A stretch of 64,000 nucleotides of DNA from an uncultured Alphaproteobacteria bacterium (GTDB lineage Bacteria; Pseudomonadota; Alphaproteobacteria; UBA11222): assembly GCA_947258435.1 (NCBI GenBank), contig CAMYID010000022.1:106961-170960 (forward strand). The letters run 5' to 3'. Position 1 is the stretch's first letter; every line of letters begins with the position of its first letter. Both the position numbers and the translations under genes were made by a program. This document shows, piece by piece, positions 22,465-34,715 of the stretch. The notes under the pieces are model-generated. The model was not told the DNA's origin, did no database searches, and saw nothing but the letters and a program-made list of their open reading frames with translations.

Positions 22465-23768
22465 TATCCGCTTACCCTAACCTTGCTCGCTGCGATCCAT
22501 GGGGCGGGATTGAACGGTTCACCGTCTTTGCGAAATTCGACATAGAGCGCTGTGCGCGCTTGCCTGTTCGCCATCTCGTCGGTGACGGTCCTGTCGTCAT
22601 CGCTTCCCATCCTGCCAATCGGCTCCCCGGCAATCACATTTTGCCCGGTTTCCCCGTAAATATGGCTCATCCCGGAAAGCAGTATATGGTAGCCCTCACC
22701 GACTTCCAGGATCAATAGTTCACCATAGTCGCCAAATCGGCCCGCAAACACCAGTTTTCCATCAAATGGTGCAACAACTTCGGCATTGTCGCGCGAAAAG
22801 ATCCGGATTCCGTCCATCGTGCCGCCCGCCCCGTCGGACCCGCCATAACGATCCGCGACCCGGCCGATTACCGGCGGCAGGATCTGACCGCGCGATTCGC
22901 TGAACCGGCGGATTGGCAATCGCGGCAGATGCGTTGCGGCAAGGGTGGGCTTGACCTCGGGCACCGGGGCAAGCCGGGCGGCCGAACTTGTCGCAGCCGC
23001 AGACAGGCGGGGCTTTGGCCGGGGAACCGGCAGGGCGGCAAATTGCGACTTGCGTTCACGCAATTTGCTGAGCAGGTCGCGCGTGTCCCGTGCCTGCGCC
23101 GCCAATTGGGCGATTTCCTGGGCTTCCGCCTGTGCGCTTGCGGACAGATGCGCGCGCTGTTTGTCCTTTTCCTCAAGCAGTGCGCTGAGACGCTGCTTTT
23201 CCGCATGCAGTGCAGGCAACAATTTCTGCAACGCATCCTGCTTGTTTACAATCGTCGCACGCAGCTGATCCAGCTCGGCTAGTTCGGCCCGCAATTGCGC
23301 GGCATCCTGCTCCAGCAAGCGGATCATTGCACCAAGCAGCATGGTGCCGCGCAGCTGCTGGCGTACCCCGTCAGGCTCAACCATCAGTAATGCCGGCGGC
23401 CGCTGCGATACCCGCGTCAACACGCCCAGCATCTCACTCAGTTCACCCTGCCGGCGGTCAAAACCCGCTGTCAGCGCATGCTGTTTGAACTGTAATGTTT
23501 CAAGCTGTGTTTCGTGATCAGTCGCAACCTGTTCCTGCTCGCGGATCTGTTTGGCGGTTGTAACAAGCCGCTGCTGCAATTGTGTCATATCGCTGCCGAT
23601 TGCACGCGCTTCGCTTTCAAGCTTTTCCTGCTGCGCGGTGCGGCGGGCAATTTCATCGGTCTGGGCAAAGGCGGGGCCGGCCACAAGCCAGCAGGCCATG
23701 ATCACCGCCGCAAGCGTGGAAGCCCGCACCGGGAAAAGGCACATCGCCATTTTGCGTTTATCGTTCAT
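22464..23768 (-). CDS. M23 peptidase / murein hydrolase activator (EnvC-like) with long coiled coil
   Basis: 434 aa. Signal peptide. Q/E/L-rich coiled-coil region. C-terminal LysM-less M23 domain GYHILLSGMSHIYGETGQNV. Confidence 0.8.
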   Translation of the reverse strand: MNDKRKMAMCLFPVRASTLAAVIMACWLVAGPAFAQTDEIARRTAQQEKLESEARAIGSDMTQLQQRLVTTAKQIREQEQVATDHETQLETLQFKQHALTAGFDRRQGELSEMLGVLTRVSQRPPALLMVEPDGVRQQLRGTMLLGAMIRLLEQDAAQLRAELAELDQLRATIVNKQDALQKLLPALHAEKQRLSALLEEKDKQRAHLSASAQAEAQEIAQLAAQARDTRDLLSKLRERKSQFAALPVPRPKPRLSAAATSSAARLAPVPEVKPTLAATHLPRLPIRRFSESRGQILPPVIGRVADRYGGSDGAGGTMDGIRIFSRDNAEVVAPFDGKLVFAGRFGDYGELLILEVGEGYHILLSGMSHIYGETGQNVIAGEPIGRMGSDDDRTVTDEMANRQARTALYVEFRKDGEPFNPAPWIAASKVRVSG

Positions 23769-23873
23769 GCAATCATCGTTTCAGCAGATCCACATACCGG
23801 AAGAACGGCAAAATATCGCCGGACCCCGCCCGGACGCAATATCGCACTTGATTTATACCTGAAAGGCGCGGTT

Positions 23874-24371
23874 TCATGCCCGATGATAGGGATGATTGGC
23901 AAGAATGGTTACCGCCCGGTAAATCTGCTCGCTCAACATGACGCGCGCAAGCATATGCGGCCAAATCATCGCACCCAACGACAGCGACCATTGGGCTTGC
24001 GCAGAAAGTTCGGGCGCCAGTCCCTGCGCACCGCCAATCACGAAAGCAAGGTTGCGTATCCCCTGATCGCGATGCCTGGCCAGCGCATCGGCAAACCCCT
24101 CGCTGCTCAATTGCCGGCCTGTCGCATCCAGCGTGACAATCAGCGCGTCCCTGGGGATTTGCGCCAGCAGTAACTTCGCCTCCAGCGCGGCCCGGTCAGC
24201 CTCCGCAATATTACGTTTTCGCGATTGCCGTTCCTCGACCGAATGGATTGCGACCGGTCCCAGCGCCAGCTGCGCGCCTGATGCGGTACTGCGCGCGCTA
24301 TAGGTTTCGCAGAGCTGATATTCAGGGGAATCCTTGCCGGCCCGGCCGACAGCAACAATATCGATGCGCAC
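23874..24371 (-). CDS. rlmH: 23S rRNA (pseudouridine1915-N3)-methyltransferase
   Basis: 165 aa. MRIDIVAVGR start. SPOUT C-terminal LSLGAMIWPHMLARVMLSEQIYRA. Confidence 0.85.
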   Translation of the reverse strand: MRIDIVAVGRAGKDSPEYQLCETYSARSTASGAQLALGPVAIHSVEERQSRKRNIAEADRAALEAKLLLAQIPRDALIVTLDATGRQLSSEGFADALARHRDQGIRNLAFVIGGAQGLAPELSAQAQWSLSLGAMIWPHMLARVMLSEQIYRAVTILANHPYHRA

Positions 24372-24592
24372 GATCGCTTTGTCTCTTTGGCAAAACCGCG
24401 CTGTTACTTCGGGTCGCGCGGGCTCATTGGCGAAATCACGGCCCGACCGGCAACCGCCCGTTTACCGGCGCGGACATGCCGGCATTCAGCATGGCGGCTC
24501 TTTCAACGGGCCGGCACCGCCTCCGAAGCGGTTCCCGCAACCGCCCTCAGAGCCGCAAATATGCGGCTGAATGTGGATGTACTATCTACCGC

Positions 24593-24997
24593 TCAGATCG
24601 CGGCGCGGCCATCCGCGGCCCGCTCCGCCCCCGCATCTGAGGGAATGACAACCGACCAGAGTTTTTCGAGATTATAAAAATCCCGGACTTCGGGCCGGAA
24701 AACATGGACCACAACATCGCCCGCGTCGATGACGACCCAGTCGCCCTGATCACGGCCTTCGATCCGGCAGCCGCCAAAACCTGCAAGCTTGATCCGCTCC
24801 ATCAGATGGTCGGCAATCGCCCCCACCTGGCGGGCGGAACCGCCGCTGGCCACAACCATAAAATCGGCAATCGAGGTTTTTCCCTCAAGATCGATCGGCA
24901 CGATGTCGATCGCTTTATCTTCCTCAAGGGAATGCATCACAACCTTGAGCAGGTCGTCGGTACTTCGGGGTTTATCGCCCGCCGCAATCGCGTTCAT
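24593..24997 (-). CDS. rsfS: ribosome silencing factor
   Basis: 134 aa. DKAIDIVPIDLEGKTSIADFMVVASGGSARQV...VVHVFRPEVRDFYNLEKLW. Confidence 0.8.
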   Translation of the reverse strand: MNAIAAGDKPRSTDDLLKVVMHSLEEDKAIDIVPIDLEGKTSIADFMVVASGGSARQVGAIADHLMERIKLAGFGGCRIEGRDQGDWVVIDAGDVVVHVFRPEVRDFYNLEKLWSVVIPSDAGAERAADGRAAI

Positions 24998-25062
24998 CGG
25001 TTTCAGGACCTGTCCTCTGTGGCAGTTAACACTGTGGCTGAAAGAATACGCGCGCTTCGGTG

Positions 25063-25686
25063 TCAGCGCAATGACAGTGTGGCAGATTCTTCACCGGCCC
25101 GAATCGCCGTCGCGCTGGCCGGATGCAGCCGGCAGGGCAAAAAACACCATGCCGGCGCGGTCTGATCCGCAAGCGTTGAGGCATGAGCCGATGAAATCCG
25201 CGCGTCGGCATATCGGGTCGCGATCTTCCCGTGCAGCGCCTTGAGGCCATAGCCGGGCCGATCAAGTACCGCAACCGGCATCAGCGCCATAATCGTCTGC
25301 CAGTTCCGCCAGTTCGGCATCTGTGCCAGATTGTCTGCGCCCATCAGCCAGACAAACCGGGTAGCGCGCGCGCGCCGACGCAATGCGGCCAATGTATCGC
25401 AGGTAAACTGCGTGCCCAGCCTTGTCTCAAGATCGCTTACCCGGATATGCGGGTGGCGGGCAATTCGCCGCGCCACCGACAGGCGGGTGGGCAAATCGGC
25501 CATGCCCGATACCGGTTTCAACGGGTTTTGCGGTGACACCAGCCACCAGACCTGATCAAGCTGCAACCGCCGCAGCGCCACAAGGCTGATATGCCGGTGC
25601 CCGTCATGGGCAGGATTGAACGACCCGCCAAGCAGGCCGATCCGCATCCCGCTGAACCTGCCTGCCCCCAACGCTATGCCGGGCAT
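25063..25686 (-). CDS. nadD: nicotinate-nucleotide adenylyltransferase
   Basis: GMRIGLLGGSFNPAHDGH motif. The start is ambiguous between the Met at 25686 (my choice, 4 nt after the proA stop) and the MRIGLL Met at 25647. Confidence 0.75.
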   Translation of the reverse strand: MPGIALGAGRFSGMRIGLLGGSFNPAHDGHRHISLVALRRLQLDQVWWLVSPQNPLKPVSGMADLPTRLSVARRIARHPHIRVSDLETRLGTQFTCDTLAALRRRARATRFVWLMGADNLAQMPNWRNWQTIMALMPVAVLDRPGYGLKALHGKIATRYADARISSAHASTLADQTAPAWCFLPCRLHPASATAIRAGEESATLSLR

Positions 25687-25690
25687 ATAC

Positions 25691-27022
25691 TCAGGGGCGG
25701 GTTTGCCCACTGCCCCGCACGACATATTTATAGCTGGTGAGCTGCGCCGCGCCGACCGGGCCGCGCGCATGCAGCTTGCCGGTGGCGATACCGATTTCGG
25801 CCCCCATGCCGAATTCGCCGCCATCGGCGAACTGGGTCGAAGCGTTATGCATGACAATAGCGCTATCGATCTTGTGCAGGAATTTTTCCGCCGCCACAGG
25901 ATCATCGGTCACGATGCTGTCGGTATGCTGCGACCCGAAACGCGCAATATGCTCAATTGCCGCATCCACACCATCCACAATACGGATCGCGACGATCGCA
26001 TCGAGATATTCCGTCGTCCAGTCCGCCTCTGCGGCAGGCACAACCCGCGGATCCGCCGCCTGCACCGCCGCATCACCGCGAACTTCGCAGTCCAGCGCGA
26101 TCAGATCCTCGATCAGGGGTTCAAGATGGGTTTCCACGCATTGCCGGTCGACAAGCACGGTTTCCGCCGCGCCGCAGATCCCGGTGCGTCGCATTTTCGC
26201 ATTGACGACAATTTCGCGCGCCATGGCAAGATCGGCCTTGCCATCGATATAGACATGCACAAGACCTTCCAGATGCCCCATCACCGGCACCCGCGCGTCG
26301 CGCTGCACCCGCTCGATCAGACTTTTGCCGCCCCGGGGAATGATGACGTCGATAAACTCCGTCATCTCGCCCAGCATATAACCGACCGCCGCCCGGTCTG
26401 TTGTCGGCACAAGCTGTACTGCCCCTTCGGGCAGTTGCGCCGCGTTCAGCCCTTCCACCAGGTAGTCATGCAATGCCCGGCTCGAATGAAAGCTCTCCGA
26501 ACCGCCGCGCAGGATCACCGCATTGCCCGAACGCAGGCACAGAGCAGCCGCATCCGCTGTGACATTGGGGCGGCTTTCATAGATGATGCCGATCACCCCG
26601 AGCGGCACCCTGACCCGTTCGATCCGCAGCCCGTTAGGCCGTTCCCAGCTTTCGCTGACCTGCCCCACCGGATTATCGAGTGCCACCACCGCTTCCAGCG
26701 AGGCGGCAATGGATTCGATCCGCGTCTCGTCCAGCAGCAGCCGGTCCAGCATCGCGCCTGACAGGCCACGCGCCGTGGCGGCCGCCATGTCCTTCTGATT
26801 GGCGGCAAGGATCAGATCGACATTGGCGCGCATTGAGGCCGCCGCACACAGCAATGCGGCTTCCACCGCTTTACCGTCGCGGGTCGCCAGATGCGCCGCG
26901 GCATCACGCGCTGTACGCCCGATCTCCGCCATCAGCACGGCAAGCGCTTCGGGATCGAGATTTTCGCGCGCGGCGTCGGCCGCCTTTTGTTGCCGCGCCT
27001 CATTCAGATCGGTCAGCGTCAT
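25691..27022 (-). CDS. proA: gamma-glutamyl phosphate reductase
   Basis: Start at [12 protein letters not shown] (27022). Aldehyde dehydrogenase-like, with the catalytic Cys region [12 protein letters not shown]. Confidence 0.9.
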   Translation of the reverse strand: MTLTDLNEARQQKAADAARENLDPEALAVLMAEIGRTARDAAAHLATRDGKAVEAALLCAAASMRANVDLILAANQKDMAAATARGLSGAMLDRLLLDETRIESIAASLEAVVALDNPVGQVSESWERPNGLRIERVRVPLGVIGIIYESRPNVTADAAALCLRSGNAVILRGGSESFHSSRALHDYLVEGLNAAQLPEGAVQLVPTTDRAAVGYMLGEMTEFIDVIIPRGGKSLIERVQRDARVPVMGHLEGLVHVYIDGKADLAMAREIVVNAKMRRTGICGAAETVLVDRQCVETHLEPLIEDLIALDCEVRGDAAVQAADPRVVPAAEADWTTEYLDAIVAIRIVDGVDAAIEHIARFGSQHTDSIVTDDPVAAEKFLHKIDSAIVMHNASTQFADGGEFGMGAEIGIATGKLHARGPVGAAQLTSYKYVVRGSGQTRP

Positions 27023-27086
27023 CTTCCTCCTCCAGCCAGAATACGCAAACATGCCAGCCGGTACTGCGACTGCAACTCCGCCTCCA

Positions 27087-29796
<2,710 letters not shown>

Positions 29797-29836
29797 ATCC
29801 GTTGAGCTCCTTTAACCCGAATGACGCAGCGGGCCC

Positions 29837-30148
29837 CTAGCGGGCGATATCGGTTACGCGCAGCACGGTCTTGTGCTGCCGGTGACCGTTCTTGCGACGA
29901 TATTTGTGACGCCGGTTCTTCTTGAAGATCAGAACCTTCGGATCCCGGTCCTGCGCCACGATTTCCGCGGTTACGCTGGCACCTTCGACAAGCGGTGCAC
30001 CCATGGTGACCGCATCGCCCTCACCGACCAGAAGCACCTGATCAAGCGCGACACTATCACCGGCATCACCGGTCAGCTTTTCGACCCGGATGACATCATC
30101 TTTGGCGACACGATATTGCTTACCGCCGGTCTTTATCACTGCATACAT
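29837..30148 (-). CDS. rplU: 50S ribosomal protein L21
   Basis: Start at [14 protein letters not shown] (30148). C-terminal basic tail [16 protein letters not shown]. Confidence 0.95.
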   Translation of the reverse strand: MYAVIKTGGKQYRVAKDDVIRVEKLTGDAGDSVALDQVLLVGEGDAVTMGAPLVEGASVTAEIVAQDRDPKVLIFKKNRRHKYRRKNGHRQHKTVLRVTDIAR

Positions 30149-30335
30149 TGACGAACCCATCCGAGATAAATCGATCCAACTTTCACCTGGGACCGGCACT
30201 CCCCGTTCTTGCGCAAACCCCAGAAAGGGCGTCCGGTTGCCGCAATTTCAAGAAATGCCACACCTGGCCGCCGATCGGAAAATCACCTTATGCAATATTT
30301 CGACCGGCCCTGACACAGGCACCGCGAAGGCGCGC

Positions 30336-30363
30336 ACTATAGCTTCAGCGCGTGCTCTGTCAA
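30336..30363 (-). promoter_or_regulatory. near-consensus sigma70-type promoter for rplU-rpmA(-obg)
   Basis: Minus strand reads TTGACA (rc of 30358-30363), a 16-nt spacer, then TATAGT (rc of 30336-30341). This predicts a leader of roughly 180 nt before the rplU ATG. Confidence 0.55.
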
Positions 30364-30554
30364 GTCTCCGCCTGTCAGGGACCGCGATAAATCGGATTCC
30401 AGGCCCTCTAGTTGCCCAAGCGCAACGCAGCGTTACAATTCCGCAGCAATTAACAGTTTTCTGTATATCACCGGTAGCAAATGGCGATCGTTGCAGCTAA
30501 GTTCATCGACACACATACGCGCATGAATCAAGCGGACAATGGAACAACTTGAAT

Positions 30555-30610
30555 ATTTAGGCATTTATATATTTAGACACTTATATATTTAGGCATTTGC
30601 ATTTAGTGAA
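30555..30610. repeat. AT-rich tandem 16-bp repeats (ATTTAGRCAYTTATAT, about 3.5 copies) in the divergent rplU / ompA-like intergenic region
   Basis: ATTTAGGCATTTATAT / ATTTAGACACTTATAT / ATTTAGGCATTTGC / ATTTAGTGAATCTG. A sharp AT island in a genome of about 64% GC. Confidence 0.7.
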
Positions 30611-30653
30611 TCTGCCTTGTTTTGTCCCGCCACGCGTCGCAGGGAAGCGGTGG

Positions 30654-30684
30654 AGTTACTGCGGTAGTAGAGTTACTGTGGTAA
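30654..30684 (+). promoter_or_regulatory. tandem direct repeat GAGTTACTGYGGTAR x2 (16-bp period), about 90-115 bp upstream of the ompA-like start
   Basis: GAGTTACTGCGGTAG at 30654-30668 and GAGTTACTGTGGTAA at 30670-30684. This direct-repeat architecture is typical of winged-helix response regulator sites. Confidence 0.4.
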
Positions 30685-30770
30685 ATGGCGGCTGATTGGG
30701 CTGAGCAAAAAGTTTGCACACGAAGATGCGCGTGTATCGCCAATCCTCTAATAACATTCGGGTGAGAGGG

Positions 30771-31826
30771 ATGAAAATTAAGAAAATTGCAGCCGCAGCT
30801 TTGGCAATGGCATTGATAATGCCGGTATCAAGCAGCTTTGCGGAAGACAAGAAGGGCGTCTATATCGGATTTGTGGACGGCTTCAATTTCACAACCGACT
30901 CCGACATTAGCGGCCCTGCCGTTACAACCGAGGCGGATTTCGATAAAGGTGCCGTTTACGTTCCGGCTATCGGCTATCGCTATGGCAATGGTTTACGGAC
31001 CGAATTTGAAGGCGCCTATCGCAAGAACAGTGTCGACGATCTGTCCGGCGTTCTCAATGGCACCGGTCGGGTCAAGGCCAAAAGCCTGATGGCCAATCTG
31101 ATTTACGATTTCAACCTGAATTCACGCTTTATGCCTTATATCGGCGCCGGCGCCGGTATGGCACGGGTCGATTTTGACGGTGTGCGGCCTGTGGGCGGGG
31201 TCCGGATCGACGATGAGGACGATGTTTTCGCCTATCAGGGCATTGCCGGTGTGTCCTACTGGCTGTCCGAAGCGCTGGAACTGGCCCTGGAATATCGTTA
31301 TTTCGCCACTCAGGACCCTGATCTGCGGACCGCGGCCGGGGTAAATGTCGAAAGCGAGTACAGCAATCATGGTGCGCTTTTCGGTCTGCGCTGGAATTTC
31401 GGCGGCCCGCGCAAGATGGCGCAGGCGGAGCCGATGCCCGTCGCGCAGCCTGTTGTCGCGCCAACCCCGGCACCCGAACCTGTGAAACCGGCCCTGCCGA
31501 AGACCTTCATCGTGTTCTTTGACTGGGATCAGTCGGTGCTGACGCCGGAAGCGACACGGATCCTGACTGAAGCCGCGGCTTATGCGCAATCAAGCGGTGC
31601 GGTCCGGATCGAAGCAACCGGCCATGCGGATAAATCCGGTTCGGCGGTCTATAATATGGGCCTGTCGGAACGGCGCGCGGCGGCTGTACAGGCCAAACTG
31701 GTGGCGCTTGGGGTCGGTGCCGATGAAATCGCCACAATTGCCAAAGGTGAAACCGACCCGCTTGTCCCGACAGCGGACGGTGTGCGCGAACCGCAGAACC
31801 GGCGTGTTGAAATCCTGCTGAAATAA
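30771..31826 (+). CDS. OmpA-family outer membrane protein (N-terminal beta-barrel, Pro/Ala-rich linker, C-terminal OmpA/peptidoglycan-binding domain)
   Basis: Start at MKIKKIAAAALAMALIMPVSSSFA behind the GAGAGGG RBS. C-terminal domain GHADKSGSAVYNMGLSERRAAAV...REPQNRRVEILL. Confidence 0.85.
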   Translation: MKIKKIAAAALAMALIMPVSSSFAEDKKGVYIGFVDGFNFTTDSDISGPAVTTEADFDKGAVYVPAIGYRYGNGLRTEFEGAYRKNSVDDLSGVLNGTGRVKAKSLMANLIYDFNLNSRFMPYIGAGAGMARVDFDGVRPVGGVRIDDEDDVFAYQGIAGVSYWLSEALELALEYRYFATQDPDLRTAAGVNVESEYSNHGALFGLRWNFGGPRKMAQAEPMPVAQPVVAPTPAPEPVKPALPKTFIVFFDWDQSVLTPEATRILTEAAAYAQSSGAVRIEATGHADKSGSAVYNMGLSERRAAAVQAKLVALGVGADEIATIAKGETDPLVPTADGVREPQNRRVEILLK

Positions 31827-31895
31827 GCAGGGCAGTCACCGGGCAGTCACTGGGTAATCACCGGATAATCAGACAGATATTATCCGCTGGAAATC

Positions 31896-31934
31896 ATTCG
31901 GGGGCGTCGTGGCAAATCCACGGCGCCCCCGAAT
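31896..31934 (+). terminator. strong rho-independent terminator after the ompA-like gene
   Basis: ATTCGGGGGCGTCGTGG-caaat-CCACGGCGCCCCCGAAT is a perfect 17-bp GC-rich stem. It is followed by TTAGTTGAAATT. Confidence 0.7.
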
Positions 31935-31940
31935 TTAGTT

Positions 31941-32005
31941 GAAATTCCCAGCTCTGTACCGAATTTGCCAAGTCTGTGCTGAAATCCCCAGCCCTGTACT
32001 GAATT
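31941..32005. repeat. 25-bp imperfect direct repeat x2 (GAAATYCCCAGCYCTGTACYGAATT) separated by 15 bp
   Basis: The two copies at 31941-31965 and 31981-32005 have 22/25 identity. They lie in a convergent intergenic region. Confidence 0.7.
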
Positions 32006-32093
32006 CCAGGTTATCTGCCGGATCCAGGCCGGCTGACTTTAGGGATTGATTATCCGAAGAGGGATAACCGGACAGAAAGGGATAGTTGAAAAC

Positions 32094-32585
32094 CTATTCC
32101 GGCGCTGTTCTCCGGCTTGCCACAGCATCTGTCGAACAGGGGGCAAAACCGTGCAGGTCGGCAAATTCCTGATTGCGCGCAACCCGGATCAAGCCGCCCG
32201 GCACTGTCGCCTCGACCCGTTCGAACAGTGCTTTTGCCTGTGTGCAATAACCATGACCAGTGGCTGAGCTGCGCTGCGAGGTCTCATTTGCGATTCGCGT
32301 GATAAAGCGATTGAGCATTTGCGCGCTGCGGGTACCGAATTCACGCCCGAAAAACCGCCGCAACGTCGTTCCATGCCCGACCAGTTCATTTTCGAACCGG
32401 ATCACAAAGGCATTGTAGCCATCCCGCTGGTCGCAGGAGAGCGCGGCAACCATCAGTTCGGTCTGCAGCATCCGCACCCGCATGGAATCATGATCGGGAC
32501 CACTCACGCATGGGCCGGCATACACTGTCGTCGATGCCGTAAGGCCAATCGCCAGAGCCGCAGCAGCAATGGTTTTCGATCGCAT
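32094..32585 (-). CDS. secreted or periplasmic hypothetical protein with 4 Cys
   Basis: ATG at 32585 behind the AAGGGGTG RBS gives MRSKTIAAAALAIGLTASTTVYA|G, a signal peptide. The track's earlier GTG start adds only 3 residues. No recognisable domain. Confidence 0.5.
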   Translation of the reverse strand: MRSKTIAAAALAIGLTASTTVYAGPCVSGPDHDSMRVRMLQTELMVAALSCDQRDGYNAFVIRFENELVGHGTTLRRFFGREFGTRSAQMLNRFITRIANETSQRSSATGHGYCTQAKALFERVEATVPGGLIRVARNQEFADLHGFAPCSTDAVASRRTAPE

Positions 32586-32826
32586 CCAATTCACCCCTTG
32601 TCACTCATTCCGCAAACAGCGTTTCGCTGTGCGCCGTTCAGGCAAATGAAAATATATTCGGCGCGGTTTCATTCCCTGACTATAGCGCCGCTCCCGCCCG
32701 TTTTTGCACAGGCCCGTTGCGTTCACCCTAGTTCCTAAAGCTGAACGTTACCATAATTTTGACTGTAATGACGAGAGCGTGCATCAGGATGACCGAACGA
32801 TGACGTAAAATCGATCCTCTTTGACG

Positions 32827-33771
32827 TCAAATCGCTTTCCAGCCCTGCAAAATAGCCCGGATGGCCGTCACAAGCGCGATCGGCTGATCAAGCATGATGT
32901 GATGATGCGCTTGGGGAATTTCGACAATCGGCACACGATCATCGGTCAGCGCGCGCATGAACTCAAGCTCCTCATCGGTGAACCTTTCGCTCAGCATGCC
33001 GCGAATCACACCGGTCGGGCAGGCGATTTCAGGATAGATTGCAGCATAGTCGCGCACACGGTCGAAATCCTGAAACAGAAACGGATCGAATTTCCATCGC
33101 CAGCCACCATCCGCCCGGGTGAGGGAGTGATGGGCGATATGATCGAATAAAAACCGGTTGGCGCAGGGTTGCGGCGGTTCCAGCCGAAATCTTGCAAGTG
33201 CGGTTTCCCGGTCAGGATAAATTTTCGACGGATGCGGCTCGACGCGCGCATTGATCCAGGCCGCGAATTTCTCAACGGGCCGCACCGCGAAATCAACCAG
33301 TACAATGCCACCAAGTTTTTCAGCATGCAGATGCGCTGCATAAAGGGTCAGCAAGGCCCCGAAACTATGCCCCACAATAATGGGCCGGGCGCCCAGTCCC
33401 GCATCCCCGGCAACCGCCAGAAACTCATCCGCATAGGTTTCAAGGGAATAGTGCTGCCGCCAGCCGCTATCCCCCATCCCGCTCAGACAAATTGCGGCCA
33501 CCTGATAATCGCGCGCCAGAAAGGGGGCAAGGAAGCTCCACCAATAGGCACTGCCGCTATTGCCATGCACAAGCAACAGGCCCGGCTTGCCCGGATTGCG
33601 CCATAGCAGATAATGAACCGCGCAGCCATCGACATCGACAAAATGATGTTCGCCCGCCTGGGCGTTTGCCCAGCGAAACCAGTCCGGCGCGTCGGCATCC
33701 TGCCGCAATCTGTTGTCGGTGGACGGGGAAACGGCTGTCGACACAAAATTCCTCCCTGCGCAAGATCCCAC
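32827..33771 (-). CDS. alpha/beta-fold hydrolase
   Basis: LLLVHGNSGSAYWW and GHSFGALL nucleophile elbow. 314 aa. Confidence 0.7.
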   Translation of the reverse strand: MGSCAGRNFVSTAVSPSTDNRLRQDADAPDWFRWANAQAGEHHFVDVDGCAVHYLLWRNPGKPGLLLVHGNSGSAYWWSFLAPFLARDYQVAAICLSGMGDSGWRQHYSLETYADEFLAVAGDAGLGARPIIVGHSFGALLTLYAAHLHAEKLGGIVLVDFAVRPVEKFAAWINARVEPHPSKIYPDRETALARFRLEPPQPCANRFLFDHIAHHSLTRADGGWRWKFDPFLFQDFDRVRDYAAIYPEIACPTGVIRGMLSERFTDEELEFMRALTDDRVPIVEIPQAHHHIMLDQPIALVTAIRAILQGWKAI

Positions 33772-33878
33772 CCTTTCAGGCTGTGCGTAATGTCCTAAGA
33801 TAGATAGAAAGCAAAATCATAACCGGCGCAACTTCGCAAGCGCCGCCGCATACAGTCAGTGAAAAGGGGACGAAACGC

Positions 33879-34640
33879 ATGGCATATCTGGACAGGGACG
33901 GGGTCAGGATTTTTTACCGGCATGATGGCGACGGCCCGCCCATATTGCTGAGCAATGGCTTTTCATCCACAACCCGCATGTGGCGCGGCCAGATCGATGC
34001 CTTCAAAGACAGATACAGCATTCTGACCTGGGATATGCGCGGCCACGGTCAAAGCGACAGCCCTGCGGATCAGGCGGCCTATTCCGAAGCACTGACGGTC
34101 GATGATATGGCCGCCATCCTCGATCAGTGCGGCTTTGAACGCGCGGTGATCGGCGGTCTGTCGCTGGGCGGCTATATGTCGATGGCGTTCGCCGCCACCT
34201 ATCCTGAGCGGGTGCTGGGCCTGATGCTGTTCGATACCGGTCCGGGTTACAAGAACGATAAAACGCGCGAGGACTGGAATGTCAGCGCCTTGCAACAAGC
34301 CCGGGAATTTGAAAGGAAGGGGCTTGAGGCGCTGGGCAAGAGCGAGGAAATGCAACTGGGCGGACATAGGGATGCCAGCGGTCTTGCACTTGCCGCGCGG
34401 GGCATGCTTGCGCAGAAAAATGCTCGCGTTATCAACTCGTTGCCTGACATAAAAGCGCCCACCCTTGTACTGGCGGGCGCAAAGGACAAACCGTTTCTCG
34501 CCGGTACCGATTATATGGCGAAAAAGATACCGGACGCCCGGAAAGTGATTATTCCCGATGCCGGTCACGCGGCAAATATCCACCAGCCGGCCGCCTTTAA
34601 CCAGGCCATGGAAGAATTCTTGTCGGGCATTTACGGTTAA
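33879..34640 (+). CDS. alpha/beta-fold hydrolase
   Basis: GFSSTTRMWRGQIDAF...GLSLGG nucleophile motif. C-terminal DAGHAANIHQP His region. Confidence 0.75.
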   Translation: MAYLDRDGVRIFYRHDGDGPPILLSNGFSSTTRMWRGQIDAFKDRYSILTWDMRGHGQSDSPADQAAYSEALTVDDMAAILDQCGFERAVIGGLSLGGYMSMAFAATYPERVLGLMLFDTGPGYKNDKTREDWNVSALQQAREFERKGLEALGKSEEMQLGGHRDASGLALAARGMLAQKNARVINSLPDIKAPTLVLAGAKDKPFLAGTDYMAKKIPDARKVIIPDAGHAANIHQPAAFNQAMEEFLSGIYG

Positions 34641-34715
34641 TGAAGCAGATCGGACCAAACTGACCGCATCCACGGTCTCTCAGGGCCGGCGGAGGCATGC
34701 ACTGAAGGGAGGGCA

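Noticed and set aside
24372-24592. 221-bp gap between rsfS and rlmH examined for a small gene or sRNA
   Set aside because: It contains only short palindromes (ATGCCGGCAT; AGCCGCA-aata-TGCGGCT) with no U-tract, no convincing ORF and no RBS. Evidence is insufficient.
30200-30550. Searched the long rplU upstream region for a tRNA, 4.5S RNA or RNase P RNA
   Set aside because: None of the expected motifs are present: no GTTCGAATC T-loop, no SRP domain IV motif and no RNase P P4 motif. The region is better explained as a promoter plus 5' leader.
30555-30610. AT-rich tandem repeats considered as a mini CRISPR array or phage att remnant
   Set aside because: The units are only 14-16 bp, directly tandem with no spacers, and no cas or integrase genes are nearby. 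They fit a promoter/UP-element or nucleoid-protein site instead.
31860-32090. The TTATCC motif cluster considered as the chromosomal replication origin
   Set aside because: It lies in a convergent intergenic region with no dnaA, hemE or parAB context. No box matches the full TTATCCACA and there is no AT-rich unwinding element. It is kept only as a speculative DnaA-titration or repeat element.
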